This document shows positions 12,051 through 25,856 of a DNA stretch of 64,000 nucleotides, piece by piece. Position numbers and translations under genes: made by a program. The DNA is from Lama glama (lineage: Eukaryota), in the NCBI GenBank assembly GCA_028534125.1, contig CM052839.1, positions 1,798,001-1,862,000 on the forward strand. The letters are read 5' to 3'. How positions within the stretch are numbered: position 1 is the first letter of the stretch; every line of letters starts with the position of its first letter. Under the pieces are notes generated by a model. It did not search any database. It was given only the letters and a program-made list of their open reading frames with translations, and was not told the DNA's origin.

Positions 12051-13810
12051 AAGCAAGACTCTGCCAGCCGCTCCAAAACCTTCTCCATGTGCCTGCTGCA
12101 AGCTGTTTCTGTGGTAATATTTTCCTGTCTTTCTTAACTCAAATGTGCATGCCTGGACACTCAACTTTAGTCTTGCACATTGTCTCTAAAGTCTGTTTTG
12201 ATCTACAGGTTCCCCTTGCCATCCCTTTTTTTCCCTTGTCATTTATGAGCTGAAGAACCCAGGCTGTTGGGCAACCGATTTCCCTACAATCTGAAGCTCA
12301 CGGAGCAAGTTGCCTTTTCTCCCTGAGCCTCAATGACTTCTTCCTCACCAGCGCCACCCTGCCCAACTTGCGGCACTCCCGCGACAATAAAAAAGAGCCT
12401 CAAAGCACGCCGGGAAACGCTTCTGATATTTTGTTAAGCAAAGGATGCAGGAGGCAAACTGATAAGATGTGGTGTGCTTTCAACGACATAAAGATGCACA
12501 GGAAAAGGGAGCAGAAGGAAATATGCTAATACATCAACAGTTGCCGGGGACCGGGGAATTCTGTGCCCCCCTTGTTTTCCTTATATTTTCCACAATTAGC
12601 ATATAATACCGTGTGAAATAGGGGACAAATTGGTTTTAAATATTTTAAAGAGAAGAGTGCTCTTAAAGTGTGGCACGAGATCAAATGTGTCACCAGGCTG
12701 GTCCACGCTGCCTTCACTGGACCACTTGGATTTGCTCTCTGCTCCCACAGCCACCACTAGTCCAGCCAGCATCCTCACTGTCCCAAGCCTGCTGCCCTTG
12801 AGGCCTCCTTGCCGGTCTTCCCGTCTCCTTCCTGTCTTCTCTCTGTGCCGCCAACAGAAGAACTCATCTAAAACACGCCAGGTCACTTCCCGGCTCCTCA
12901 GTCTCTCGTGTAAAGATCAAGCCTCTTCCTTTTTCTGCATCAGCTGTCACCACACTCAGGGAGCACCAGGGTCACCTGCAGGGCTTCTTAAACACACATT
13001 GCTGGGCTCTACCCCCAGTGCCATGGGTTCAGGGACGCAAAAGAACAATCCTCTGCACCTTTCCTCGGTCCTCATCAACAAGTCCTGTCCAGTTTTTTAA
13101 GACCGGATCCAGGTTCCCCTTTTCCATGAGGCAGTCTCTGGAAACTTCAGCCCACACAGATCCCTCTCTGCTCTTCCAGATCACCGCTAGCGCCCAGAGT
13201 GGTCTGGTGGTCTGGAAGAGGGGAGAGAGCACTGAGTGGCCGTGAGGACCAGCAAGGTGGCACTTCACCACCTGCCGTCTCCCTCCATCAGCGCAGCTCC
13301 CGGGGCAGACACCAGGAGGGACACTTCTTCAGGGCCCCCATGCTCCCCAGGGGGTGTTCTGCATGTGCCAGGTGAATGGAGTCTGTGTCATTCATAGGCA
13401 CACAGTGATAGTCACACAGGCTTCTGATTATTCACTCATTCATTCACTGTCAGAAAATACTTAGTATTTGCAACAACATGGATGGACCTAGAGATTAACA
13501 CACTATGTGAAGTAAGTCAGACAGAGAAAGGCACATATCATATGATGTCACTTATATGTGGAATCTAAAAAAATGATACAAATGAACAGAAATAGACTCA
13601 CAAACATAGAAAACAAACTTACAGTTACCAAAAGGGAAAGGTGGGAGAAGGGATAAATTAGGAGTTTGGGATTAACAGATACACATTACTATAAATAAAA
13701 CAGATAAACAACAGGGACCTTCTGTATAGCACAGGGAATTATACTCAATACCTTGTAATAAACTATAATGGAAAAGAGAATACTACTCAGCCATAAAAAA
13801 GAATAAAATA

Positions 13811-13932
13811 GGGGGAAGGGTATAGCTCAAGTGGTAGAGTGCATGCTTAGCATGTTTGAGGCCCTGGGTTCAATCCCCAGTACTTCCTCTAAGAATAAAT
13901 AAACCTAATTACCTCCCCTACTGAAAAAAAAG
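13811..13932 (+). mobile_element. Vic-1-like SINE nested in an L1
   Basis: SINE head and A-rich tail interrupting an L1 3' region. Confidence 0.9.
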
Positions 13933-14189
13933 AAGAAGAAAATTATGCCACTTGCAGCAACATAAATGGACCTGAAGATTATCATAATAAGTAAAGTAAG
14001 CCAAAAAGAGAAAGAAAAATACCATATGATGTGGTATCTTAACAAAAAAAATGAGACAAATGAATGTATTTACAAAACAGAAACAGACTCACAAACATAG
14101 AAAACAAACTTGTGCTTACCGGGGGGGTTGGAGGGATAAACTGGGAGTTCAGGATTTGCAGATACTAACTAATATATAGAAAATAGACT

Positions 14190-14325
14190 GAGGGGGAGGG
14201 TATAGCTCAGTGGTAGAGTGCAGGCTTAACATGCACAAGGTCTTGGGGTCAATTCCCAGTACCTCTGTTGAAAAATCAAATAAACAAATAAACCTAATTA
14301 TTTCCCCCCTACAAAAAAAATAAAT
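14190..14325 (+). mobile_element. Vic-1-like SINE nested in an L1
   Basis: SINE head and A-rich tail interrupting an L1 3' region. Confidence 0.9.
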
Positions 14326-16237
14326 AAATAAACAACAAAGTTCTACTACATACCACAGGGAACTATATTCAATACCTTGTAATAGCCTATAATGAAAAAT
14401 AATATGAAAAGGAATATATATGTATAGCTGAATCACTATGCTGTACACCAGAAATTAACACAACATTGTAAACGACTATACTTCAATAAAAAAACTGTAA
14501 TAGAAAATAATCTGAAAAAGAACATATATAAATATATATATATATATAACTGAATCACCTCATTATACACCTATACACAGCATTACACACTTGGAGTATT
14601 AACTATACTTCAATAAAAAAATAATACTTAGTGAGGACCTACTGCATGCCAGAATACACAAGATAAAAGTCTCTTTTCTTCACAAAGGCCAGGAATTACA
14701 ACAGCATGAATTACAATGGCGAGGGCTCTATGAGGAACCCCTCCAACTGCAGCTGACGCCACGCCCCCCGCAGCCCTGAGACCCCCAGGAACACACAACC
14801 GAGGCTTGAGGAGCAGGTGTCGGTGTTGCCGGCAAGCGCACACGGTTGTGGGCGCACCCTCGTGCAGCCCTGGGGAAGGTCTGGCCGCCAGTCACAGGCT
14901 TCGCTGTCCCCCGGCTAAGCCACCCTGGAGTCGAGGACAGGGTTTATGGACAGATACTGTTAGGAGAACAGATGTCCAGGCAGGCGGGCAGAGCAGCTGG
15001 GAACAATGGCTGTGATTGTGCCGGCCTGGAACCCACTGGAGGGAGGCAAGAAGACACTAGCTCCTGACTAAAAGGCAGTAAATGGCCAAGGAGCAGACCC
15101 CCACCCTGTTTCTTCAAACACCTGGAGCTCTGGACCCTAAGGCCCTCTGTCCGGCAAGACACCCCGGACTCCGTAAGGCAGGTGCTGGCTTCTCTGTGAC
15201 CTTGGACAACATTTACTTCTTTGTGCCCCAGTTTCAATATCTAATAATATCATTTAAAAAGTAGTAAAGCCAAAAACCAAGATGATAGAGATCTCCACTG
15301 GAAGAATAAAAGGAGCGATTAAAACCAAACAACAGTAACGCCCCTCTGAAAAAGTAAAAGTGAAAGAAAGTGCGAGGAGATTGGGCAGAGAAGTTCCAAC
15401 ATCGCCGCAGTGGAGAGACGCTAAATGCACTCGGGAATCCCTGGAGCCATGATGGTCAGGCAGAGGGCGCAGTGGAATCTCGGGGAGCTTTCGAAAGACA
15501 TAGGTCCAAGGCCCTCTACTAAACCAAAATCTCCCAAGGGGCGCACAACCCCTGTCCCCCAAACCCCAAGCAAGTCAAAAGGGCTCGGGATATTCTGGGC
15601 CGCTCCCAGTTAAGAGACACCACTCCAGAGGTGGGGAGCAAATTGTCATCTAAATGAGGAGGGGCAGTGGCCACATGGAAAACATCACAGGGAGCCCAGA
15701 GACCTGCTGGAGCCGAGAAGGAATGTCAACATTGAGGTGCCCTTCCTTTCTGCCCTACCCTCCCCAGTCCAGAGATCTGGTTCTGGACAGGAGACGTCCT
15801 CCTCTGAGCACTGGTTGACCAGTCCCCCAGGGACCTGCTGTTTCAGCCACACATGGCTGAGTCCTGGGCCACTCCTTCCTCCGGCCACCACATTGAGCCA
15901 GTACATTTTCCTGGTCCTGCGCTGTTAATGCCTCGGCCCTGACTGCCTCACCCTGACCACCTGCAATTCTTTATTTTAGGATTCAGACTGCAGACCTCCT
16001 CTTCTAGGCAGTCTTTCCAGATGCACTCCTTGGCTCACCCCCACGTGGCCTTGGTGTATTGGATTCTCACTGCACCATCAAAATGGCAGTACTAGTCACA
16101 CGGTATCACCATCTCCAGTGTGCCAGTTGGTGGTCCCAACAGAGCACAGGCATTTTTTGTTTTTTTTTGGTTTCATTCAGCTCTCTGTCCCCAGCACATA
16201 GTTCAGTGGCCTGCATAAAGCACGCAAGCAATATGTA

Positions 16238-16847
16238 CAGACAGATCTCATTTTATTGACCTNNNNNNNNNNNNNNNNNNNNNNNNNNNNNNNNNNNNNN
16301 NNNNNNNNNNNNNNNNNNNNNNNNNNNNNNNNNNNNNNNNNNNNNNNNNNNNNNNNNNNNNNNNNNNNNNNNNNNNNNNNNNNNNNNNNNNNNNNNNNNN
16401 NNNNNNNNNNNNNNNNNNNNNNNNNNNNNNNNNNNNNNNNNNNNNNNNNNNNNNNNNNNNNNNNNNNNNNNNNNNNNNNNNNNNNNNNNNNNNNNNNNNN
16501 NNNNNNNNNNNNNNNNNNNNNNNNNNNNNNNNNNNNNNNNNNNNNNNNNNNNCATAATACTGAGGGGAGGGGTGTAGCTCAGTGGTAGAGTGCATGCTTA
16601 GTGTTCATGAGGCCCTGGGTTCAATCCCCAGTACCTCCATTAAAATAATAATAATAATAATAAGATCAATAAAACCTGACTACCTCCCCTCCCCCCTCAA
16701 AAAAGACATAATAGTATTACACACTTGCTAGACCACAGTATAGTGTAAATAAAATTTTTATGTGCACTAGGAAACCAAAAAATTTGTGAGACTTGCTTTA
16801 TTGCGGTGGTCTGGAAGCAAACCTGCAACAGCTCTAAGGTCTGCCTG
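16238..16847 (+). mobile_element. Internally deleted Tigger1-type (TcMar) DNA transposon
   Basis: Ends ta|CAGACAGATCTCATTTTATTG and GCTTTATTGCGGTGGTCTGGAAGCAAACCTGCAACAGCTCTAAGGTCTGCCTG match Tigger1 termini. Confidence 0.75.
16562..16705 (+). mobile_element. Vic-1-like SINE nested in a Tigger1-type element
   Basis: SINE consensus with an (AAT)n tail; TSD-like cataatact/cataatagt. Confidence 0.9.
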
Positions 16848-17360
16848 TGTATTTGTGCTAATCAGGCGAAAGGAGGGGGAGGAAATTTTAAATCAAACAA
16901 CCCCAGCAGGCAAATTTTATACAACTCCAAGGAAATTAAAGTAAACATTTTCCTTCGAACTTCCTATGTGCCCCAGGGAAGACGGAGACACAGGGAGGTG
17001 AGGGCGCCCACGGTGGCAGAGCTGGCTGAGAACCCAGGCAATTTGGTTCCATCTCAGCCAGTCTGCTGTGGTATCTGTGGTTCAAAGGAAAAAAGAGCAA
17101 ACTTTGGGGAAAAAAATAGTTACCTCTGAAGTCCCTGCTCCTGTGGCTTGGGGGTAGGGGGGGTGTATCGCAGCAACTCGGTACTTCACTCTTTGGACAA
17201 AGCACAGATCCAGGCTGCTGTCCGGGGAACCAGGAGCACTTTGTGCTGAAGGTCACTCTCAGTGAGGTACCAGGGACCCTGCTGCATCCACCTGGAAGAG
17301 CCCAGGAGTCACCGGTCCCAACAGGGGGCCCCCAGAGGTCAGCTTAGAAACAGGGACCAG

Positions 17361-17465
17361 GTGGGGGCTGTATGGCTCAATGGTAGAGCGCATGCTTAGC
17401 ATGCACGAGGTCCTGGGTTCAATTTCCAGTACCTCCATTAAAAGAAAGGAAAAAAAAAACAAAAC
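17361..17465 (+). mobile_element. Vic-1-like SINE
   Basis: GTATGGCTCAATGGTAGAGCGCATGCTTAGCATGCACGAGGTCCTGGGTTCAAT followed by an A tail. Confidence 0.9.
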
Positions 17466-20259
17466 GGGCAGGGATGATGCCATCCAGTGCCTTCGTGTGA
17501 AAAGGCTTTCCTCTCCCGAATTCCCAAGTCTCCTGGCCGGCTGGTTCAGAAGCAGCAGAGCAGCGTGGCCCACACCTGCCCCATCCAGCCTCTCTGGGCC
17601 CAGGAACAGGCCAGTGAGGAGGATGTCTACCTCCCTAGGGGCTTCATTCAGGAGAGGCTGTGAAGAAAAACAGGAGCCCTGGGTGGCATAAAAGTAGGCA
17701 GGAAAGAAAATGTATTCAGAGTCAACCGGAGTGATTGAAAATGAACCATATGCCAGGCACTTGGTAAGGTGCGTCCCCACCATATTTACTTTTCACACCA
17801 ACCCAGTAAGGCAGCTTCTATTCTCCTCAGTACCAACAGGAAAGTTGGATGCTATTCTGCTGGAACAAGAGAAAGCCAGGAGGTAACTCTCCAATATTGG
17901 ATGTGTTTGGCCAAGGCTGAGTAGAGATTTAAGGGTCTTTGAGAAAAGCATTAAAGATACTTGCTTTTAGTTCTCTTTCTTAAAGACAGACAAAATAAGA
18001 TAGGATTTAGGTTAGACTTCAAAAGAAACTTTCTTGACTGTATAGAGGTGTTAGAGAGGGTGCTTCCCGGGCTAGACCCACGAACGTGGTAGCTCTGAGT
18101 GCCTGTTGTGCAGGCAGGAGCCCGGACACCTTGACCTCTGTCACCACGAGGACATCGCCTAATGCACTCAGAGCTCTCCTCAGACAACTCGGTTCCAGCT
18201 CCAGTCTCGAGGGAGGCTTTTGGACAATGCAAATCTGAGGTTAAACACATCCTTTGCTAAATTTGATAAGCAGATGGGTGGGGAATTCCAATATTAAAAT
18301 GAAGGATGGAGTTTACTGATTTAATCAATGGGTAAAGTTCGCATGAGCACGGTACTGATAAAAGCCTTCTGTTTCGCCTGTTGGACATCATAGTCAAACC
18401 AACAGTCACCGAGATGACTGTGGGGACTGTGCCAAGCACCCGGCTCAGGCAGAAAACTGCTCAGGAAGCCCCGTCCTGCGCGGACCACCCTGGCCCACCG
18501 GGCCCCTGAACTGCTATGAGGTCCTTGAGGACACAGAGCAGATCTGCTGTTGCCCTGGGCTGCTCAGGCCACGCTTGTGCCTTGGCCTGGAACAGAAGGC
18601 TCCCATGATCAGTCCGGGAATGCAAAACACCCCAAGCAGGAGGAGGGGGCGCCTGGGGGCCTGGATCATAAACAGGTGCTCAGTCTAGTCTAAAGAGGGG
18701 CTCCCGATTCTGAAGTTTCATTTCAAACCAGGCAACTCACTGGTTTGAATCAAACACAGGATTTACTATTCACCATAGCATAATCATATGACGACAGTTT
18801 TGCAGAGTTTACCCAGATGTGGGCCTTCCTTAAGGTAAAAGGGGTCAGGGTACCAAAGAGGTTCAAAACCTCTCTACCCACTAAGGAGAAATCAAGGTCG
18901 GGAAAGATTAAAGACCTCGCCCAAAGTTCCCACCAGAGCATCAGAGCGGGTGTCAGCTCTCCCACCCAGCCTGTTGCCCCAAGTGGCCAGCAAAGTACCG
19001 TGGGCCGAATGTCTATAAACCATGGCTCACTCCGTTCCACCCGTGGCTTCATGATGTGCAAGGTGCCACCACGCAGGCCAGGCCAGGTGCGGCTTCCTGC
19101 TGGAGGACTGACTGTGGCTCCCCTACCCCAGGAGCTCCAAGCCACTGCAAGTCCTCCTGCGCTGCCCCCACCTTCCCCTTTGATCCCAAAGAGGGGAGAA
19201 GGGTGGGGAGCAAAGAAAAATCTCCAGTCGGGCATTGATTTGCCCGAAGCGAAGGCAACACAAAGGCTGTGCCTGTTTCCATGGAGACGCGACCAGGCGA
19301 AGCAAAGGAACAAAACAGAGTGAGGGACACAAACGGTCACCACCTTCCGGGCCAGCGTGATCGATGCTGGCGGCCAGAGCCCAGACAGGAAGACATCGGA
19401 AGGATTAAAGGTAATCAGAAGATCCTGAGGCCAAACCGGGAGCCCTTTCGGTTGGCAGAGAGGGAGCACCGCCTCCCCACCGCCGCTGGCCCCCAGGCCT
19501 ACAAATTAGCCTGGCCCCCACTCCTGAGAAAGACCCTGAGCAAAAAAATCCCAGACAGAAATCCAAAGTGAGTCATTATTCAGTTTACAAAAGGATTCTT
19601 TGCTTGACAAAGGGACTCCTTGAACCAGCCAAGGAACGGACTGGAGCTTTGCCTTGTTTCCTTACTGACTCCTCTGAGGCGGAGGAGGAAGAGGACAAGG
19701 AAGCAACTTCCAGTTGAAAGTTTGTAAGAAAAGATGACAAAATTCCTAAAGGGAGGACAGAGGGGGGTGGAGAAAAGACTGTTTCTAAAACACGTGCCGG
19801 GAGAAGCCCTGGAGAACTGGGCCTGGGCAGCTTTCAGACAGCAGAGAGAGAGCTGTGTGCCCGCCGCCCATCACCAGGAAGGAGGCTGGGCAGCAAGGTT
19901 TCCAACAGGTCCCCATGGGGTGGACCCCAAAGCCACCAGGCTGCCATGAACCTGGAGAGCAGTATGGGGCAGCCCGTGTCCTGGGGGGCAGCAAGAAGGC
20001 AAGAGGCCACAGCGGGCTCAGCCGGTGCTGGGGGCTCAGGATCGGTACTGACAGCCTCCTGGGCTGCTCCGCCCCCCAGCAGGTGACGTGTTCCAAGCTC
20101 CTCGTTGCATGTGTGGCCATCTTGGGAAGGGATAACGCCATGCGCCAGTGAAGCCCTGCCCTTGGAAAGCCTCAACCAGGCCTTCAGTCCCCTTGGCCCT
20201 TTCCCAACCACAATTCCGACTGGGAACAAGAAACAAGCTTCACGACAGCAAAGATATTT

Positions 20260-20460
20260 CCTGAGCGTGCTGTGTGGGCCAGACACTAAATACTCGTGTT
20301 CTCACGTACCCCCTCGACCACCCCAGGAAGGAGATACTGTTCTTACCCCACTTACCCATGTGGAGACAGGCACAGGGGGCTAAGTAACTCGCCTAAGGTC
20401 ACGCAGCTCTAAAGTGGCAAAGCTGGGATTCAAATGCAGGTCCGACCAGTCTCAAAGCCT
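20260..20460 (-). mobile_element. MIR
   Basis: GGCTAAGTAACTCGCCTAAGGTCACGCAGCT...GGGATTCAAA. Confidence 0.7.
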
Positions 20461-22188
20461 GGGAGCACTAGGCTGAATGCCCACCACATCAGCCCATTTC
20501 ACAGAGAAGCCGAGGACGAGAGAACGCAAGCAAGGCAGGGGACCGACTCTGAAGACCAGCTCTCCTGACCCACGCAAAGCTTTTTTGCCTGGTGACACCT
20601 TCCCCAGGAAGGCCAGCCGGCTTTCTTGGTGTGGTACCTGCACTGCTCTGTGGCCATGACGTCACTCTCAGGTTCTGGGCCTCAGTTTACCTCTCTGCCA
20701 CAAGGAGGCGTCATTGTAGTGTGAGCCCCCAGCTATCTCACTGAGAGAGAGGAACTGGGAAGAAACATAAGACAAGGTTCAGGGTTGTCACAAGGGAGCC
20801 CACGGGAGGAACAGGCTCAGTCCCTGCTCCACTAAAGATCCTCAAAGACCCACAGACTCTGGAGTGAGCAGTGCAATGTTCCCAGAGCAAATCCCTGGGC
20901 AGCAGCTCCAGGATGCATCTGGTTCAATGGTCCGCCCATCAAGGTACATTTGGGGTACTCCTGACGTGGTTGGCTCTCAGGGCATCAATTTCCAACACCC
21001 CCACATCAAGTCCTTCCTTACACTGAGGTGCCGGGAACCATCTGAGCCCACCAGCTCTCATTTGTGGTGGCTCTCCTCAGCACTTCCCCAGAGCAAAACC
21101 CATCCCCTCAGCCACTTCGCCTTGCTTTGCCCCAAACGAAGGGGCAGCTCAAGAATGCAGCACTCCTGGGAGGAGTCCCCTGAGGAAGGACACTGAGAAG
21201 GGGGCTGGTCTTCTTTTACCAAGACCTTATCTATCTTGTCCCCCCATCTGTTTACTTTAGGATTAGGATTAGGAAGCAAGGAAGCTGACACAGGGACACC
21301 TGTTGAACACATTTATTTGAATCAATGGAGTCAGACTTTTTCTAACGCAAAGCATGATTTGGCTGACTGGTCCAACAACAAGGTGGCAAACATTCTCCGT
21401 AACTGTGCGGGCTGCGTTTGCCATTCTAAGGCTTTGACAAAAATATGTTTGAAATATATAACATACAATAAGCCTGCAAATACACTCTACCTAAAGTTAT
21501 GATTTGAAAAAATTGTATATGTGAATTTTAAACTGTGTAGGGGGATACAGTTTTTCGAAATTCTTTTGACAGGTGTGGGAGCAAAAAAAGTTTGCAGCCT
21601 GTGTCTTTACTTCCTTGGAGCCACACTCAGAGGCCACAGCTTCCACGCCACCGGCAGACCCACTGAGCCACGTGAATAGCAGGTTCTCAAGGGGAGGCAG
21701 CCGCAGTGTGGAACCCAGGTGTAAGCTTCTTTCTGCTACTACTTAGCTGAATAGATCTGGTTAAGTCACCCAGACTCCCTGAGCCTCAGTTTCCCCATAA
21801 GCAAATGGGAAGAACACCATATGAGACATATTAAAAATCCTGAGGATGGGATGATAAGATTGAATGAATAGTGGAGAAGTGCACAGCACAGACAGCCCCA
21901 AACAGTACGCAACCAGCACGTGTGCACTGTTTGGCTTGGACAACTTCATGGCCTTTGTCTCCAGAAGACTCTGATAACTGATATTTATTGAGATTTATTT
22001 ATGTGCCAGGCACTGGACTACGTGCTTCACAGGCCCCAGTTCATTTTGTTTTCGTATCAATCCTATGGGTCAGGTGTCATTCTCACCCCCAATTTATAAA
22101 CACGGAAAGCTTACACACTTGCGCGGCTCAGTCAGCTAGCAATTAGAGGCCCAGCGGTCTGTTTGATTTCAGAGTCTGTGCTCTAAAC

Positions 22189-22353
22189 CCTCCCTGCTCA
22201 AAGCGTGGCTTCCCACTGGCAGCATCTGCACCGACTGGGACCGTATTAGAAATGCAGGGACCCAGGACCTACTCCGTACCTACTGAATCAGAAGCTGCAT
22301 GTTAGCAAAATCTACGGGTGACTCATATGCACGCCCACGTTGGAGAATCACTG
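22189..22353. mobile_element. MER5A-like hAT-Charlie element
   Basis: TTAGAAATGCAG...CCTACTGAATCAGAA...GGTGACTCATATGCAC, with an 8-bp TSD ctctaaac on both sides. Confidence 0.8.
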
Positions 22354-24371
22354 CTCTAAACCACCCGTCCAGCTGACTTGCCATCCTGCTTTTATCTTGC
22401 TGAAGGTAACATTAGAATGTTTGCTTTCTCTACACGCACGCACACACAGCTGGCAATTAAAGCAAGCAAGATGGTTAGAGATTATAATAATCCATCAGTA
22501 ACACATGCATATGCATGCTTTGCAAAGGGCTAGGCAGACTCACATCAAACTGCCAACAGCGGTTATACCTCTGAGGAGTGGCATGGGATGGGGGGGAGGG
22601 GGTGGTTGAAGGGGGGCTCTTTTGTATTCTCGGAAATTTTTAATAAAAATAATAGTAGTTGTGTATTGGTTATATAATTTAAAAGACAAGCACATTTTAA
22701 AACACAAGTCCAGATCACTGGAATCTGATGGTATGTAATGAGCTACGTCTTTAAGAGTCTACTGACAGTTCCCAGCTCCAGGCACTGGGAGGGAGTCCCT
22801 AGAAAAGCTTCGGTGGAGGAGGATTGCAGTGCTTGGAGTCAGGAGACCTGGATGCAAGGCCAGGGCCTGCCCCTAATTTGCCTTGGGACCTCGGGCTCTC
22901 ACTTAGCATCTGTGGGCCTGTGCTTCCCCCACTATAAAACGGGGGTCGCCCCCCAACACCCTTCCAGCCCCACAGGGCGGGTGCAGGAACCAGCCGTGCA
23001 GCAGAATGCACCAAAGGCCCCTCTGAAGGGCAGGGTGCTGTGTTTCTTGAAAGGACAAGAAAGTCCCCCCTCACTCATTCCATTCCGCAAGTGCAGATAG
23101 TCCATGACTTTATAAGGAAGACACACAGAGGAACCTGGATTTAGATTCCGTGGGAGCCTTAGGCTGATTTTCAAATCCTTATTCGAACTTAAAAGTTAGG
23201 TTTGGACGTGGTTCAAAACACAAAAAGAAAGGGTTGTTTCTCTCCGCGCTCGTCGCCGGTTCCTCTCTGGGCTCACAGCCCCGAGGGAGGCTCTGTCCCG
23301 GGGTTCTGTGTGCTCCCTGTTCGGGCAAAGACGCTGCACACTGAGCTGAGCGCTCCATGCCTTGCCACCTCCAGCCCCGGCCCCGGCCCCGGCCCTGTAC
23401 TGCCTCCCAGCTGCTCAGAGGGTCTGCAGCTTGGCTCGCTCTGGACGATGCCTTACTTTCCCCATTTTACCTTAAAACTCAGATTTGCAGACCTGGAAAG
23501 AGCAATGAGAGTCCTCCCCTAGCTCATCTGCGTACACAGGGATAAAGTGACTTGCTCAAACCCACACAGCCAGCTTAAAATAAACAGAGCTGGCTCGGGT
23601 TCTCCATGACCTTTGGCAATACCTCCTTTTCCTTAAGATTTTTCTATCATTCTTTGGCAACTCATCACTGACCTCACCTCCAGTCTCCCCATTCTAAGGG
23701 ACACACAAAACTGAAGACTAAAAGCTGCTGTATTTTCCCTGAACGATCCTGAACGAAACCACACAGGCTGAAGGTATCATTGAAACTGAGCCAGGAAAGA
23801 ATCCCCGGCCAGATTTTCCAACGAGAGCCAGGCCCTCCTAAACCATTACGAGCTTCAGTTACAGTGAAGTCACTGCAAAAGAAGCCTCCGGACAGCTCCA
23901 GTCCCAACACTCATGTGGCTTTAGGCACCTGACTTCACCTCTCCGAGCCTCAGCCTTCTCATATAGAAGACAGGGAGAGGATGAGCAGCTTTCAGGTGTG
24001 GAAAGAAGACTCTAGATAAGAATACAGCCTTTCATAGGGAGTAAATATTTCAATGTCGCTCTAAAAGAGACTGACTCACTCTCCTCCTTTTGTAAGACAA
24101 CCACAATAATATTATGACACCTAACAAATAAATAATTCCTTAATGTCAAACACCTAGGCGTTATTCAAATTTCCAATTATTTCATAAACATAATAATAAT
24201 TTTTAACAGTTTGTATCAGGACCCAAATAAAGTACATATATTGTGATTTGTTTAAAAAAAAAAAAGAACACAGGCTTTCATGCAGAGGAGGAGCTTAATA
24301 CACAGCAATTATTACCATCATGATCATTATCATTCAGGACCATCCATCCCAAAGACAGGGGTCTGTCTAAG

Positions 24372-24720
24372 TCAGTTCTCCACTCCAGCTGCACATTAGA
24401 TTCACCTAAGAAGGTGTTTTCCTTTTTTCAAATACGAAAGCCCAGATCTTCTCCCCAGTGATTCTGACTCAGTGGCCTGGATTAGGACCTAGGGAATTGG
24501 TACATTTCTTACAGCTTTCCAGGTGATTCTAATATGCACCTATGGTTGAGACCTGTGATCTAAATCCATGCTTCTCAACCTTCACCACGCACACTAATCT
24601 CCTAGGGGTCCGGCTAAAATGAGAGTTCTGACAGTAGGTTTGGTGTGAGGCCTGAGATTCTGCATTTCCAACTGGCTCCCAGGTGATGCCAATGCTACTG
24701 GTTCATGGCCTCAGGAGCAA
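24372..24720. mobile_element. Two adjacent MER5-like elements
   Basis: CTGCACATTAGATTCACCT...CCAGGTGATTCTAATATGCA, then GAGGCCTGAGATTCTGCATTTCCAAC...CTCCCAGGTGATGCC. Confidence 0.7.
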
Positions 24721-25760
24721 TGGCACCCAAGACTCAAGGTCTTGGCCAGATGGCTGTAAAGTTTATAAGATTCTTCTCTGGAAGTCTCAAAAGCCAGTTC
24801 TGTCTGGCCAGGCTAGAGCTCACTGTGTCCTGGAAGCAGAGAGCCAATTATCTGACCTCAGACTGGGGCACAAGGACCCAGAACCAGAGCCTGTCATCCA
24901 GATGACTCTTTGGCTTCATGTTGTGTTTTTTTTGGTGGTGGAGGGGGTGAGCTGGTGGTGGGGCAGGGGAGTCTAGCAAGAGCCTGCTGACAAGTATGGC
25001 CACAAAGACACACTAGAAAATTAATCATGACACCACGCCCTGCACTCACATGGAGCTGCCTTCTCAACACCAAGGGAAAAGCCAGAAGGAAGGGGCCCTA
25101 GTTAGCTTCGCTCGGATTGGTGGGTGTAGGAGAACATGGCCTGACTTGGCAGGATGTCCCATCCAGAAGGAGCTGAAAACAACTGCAGCTCTGCTCAGCC
25201 AGACTCCTCTGATCAGCCAAGCAGGAAAGCTTCCTGCCTGGAGCGGGCCAGGTAAGTGCACAGTTGAAGGGACTCTGGGGAAACGTGAGCAGGGAAGGGG
25301 CTGGGAGGGCAAGTCTCTCTGGCTTTGAGGTTGATGTATTCTGTGACCCTGAACAACATCAACAAAACAACACTGACCGGGGACCTACTGTGTGCCAGAG
25401 AATTTTACAGAAATACTCTGATTTGATCCTCACATCAACTTTCCAAGTCAAGCATCACTGCTTTCACTGTATAGATGAGGACTCTGAGGCTCAGTGGATA
25501 AGTAACAATGGAACTTACGGAGGACAGAGCCAGCACTGGAACCCAAACCCGGCCAATCCTTCCTACTTCCTTACATTGCTGCTCAAAACTCTTAAATCTC
25601 TTGATGGCTCTACTTACCCTTTCACAAGAAAAGGAAAGGGGTATAAATCAACAGAACTGAAAGTGCCTTTGGGTCTCCAAGAACAAAGGATAATGCTCAT
25701 TAGCATTATAATTATTATTAATCACCATCATCATCAGATGTGTAATTAAAGAGACACTGG

Positions 25761-25798
25761 AGAGGGAGGGTGTAGCTCAAGTGGTAGAGCACATGCGA

Positions 25799-25855
<57 letters not shown>
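25761..25855 (+). mobile_element. Truncated Vic-1-like SINE head fused to a (GA)n microsatellite
   Basis: GGGAGGGTGTAGCTCAAGTGGTAGAGCACATGC then (GA)n, flanked by agagacactgg/agagacattgg. Confidence 0.75.

Positions 25856-25856
<1 letters not shown>

Larger units (their letters stand above)
13778..14491 (+). mobile_element. 5'-truncated L1 3' end (inner)
   Basis: GAATACTACTCAGCCATAAAAAAGAA...GACTATACTTCAATAAAA; TSD-like aaactataatggaaaaga/aaactgtaatagaaaata. Confidence 0.85.
13466..14620 (+). mobile_element. 5'-truncated L1 3' end (outer), split by a second L1
   Basis: ATTTGCAACAACATGGATGGACCTAGAG...AACTATACTTCAATAAAAAAA; TSD aaaatacttagt (13454-13465)/ataatacttagt (14621-14632). Confidence 0.85.
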
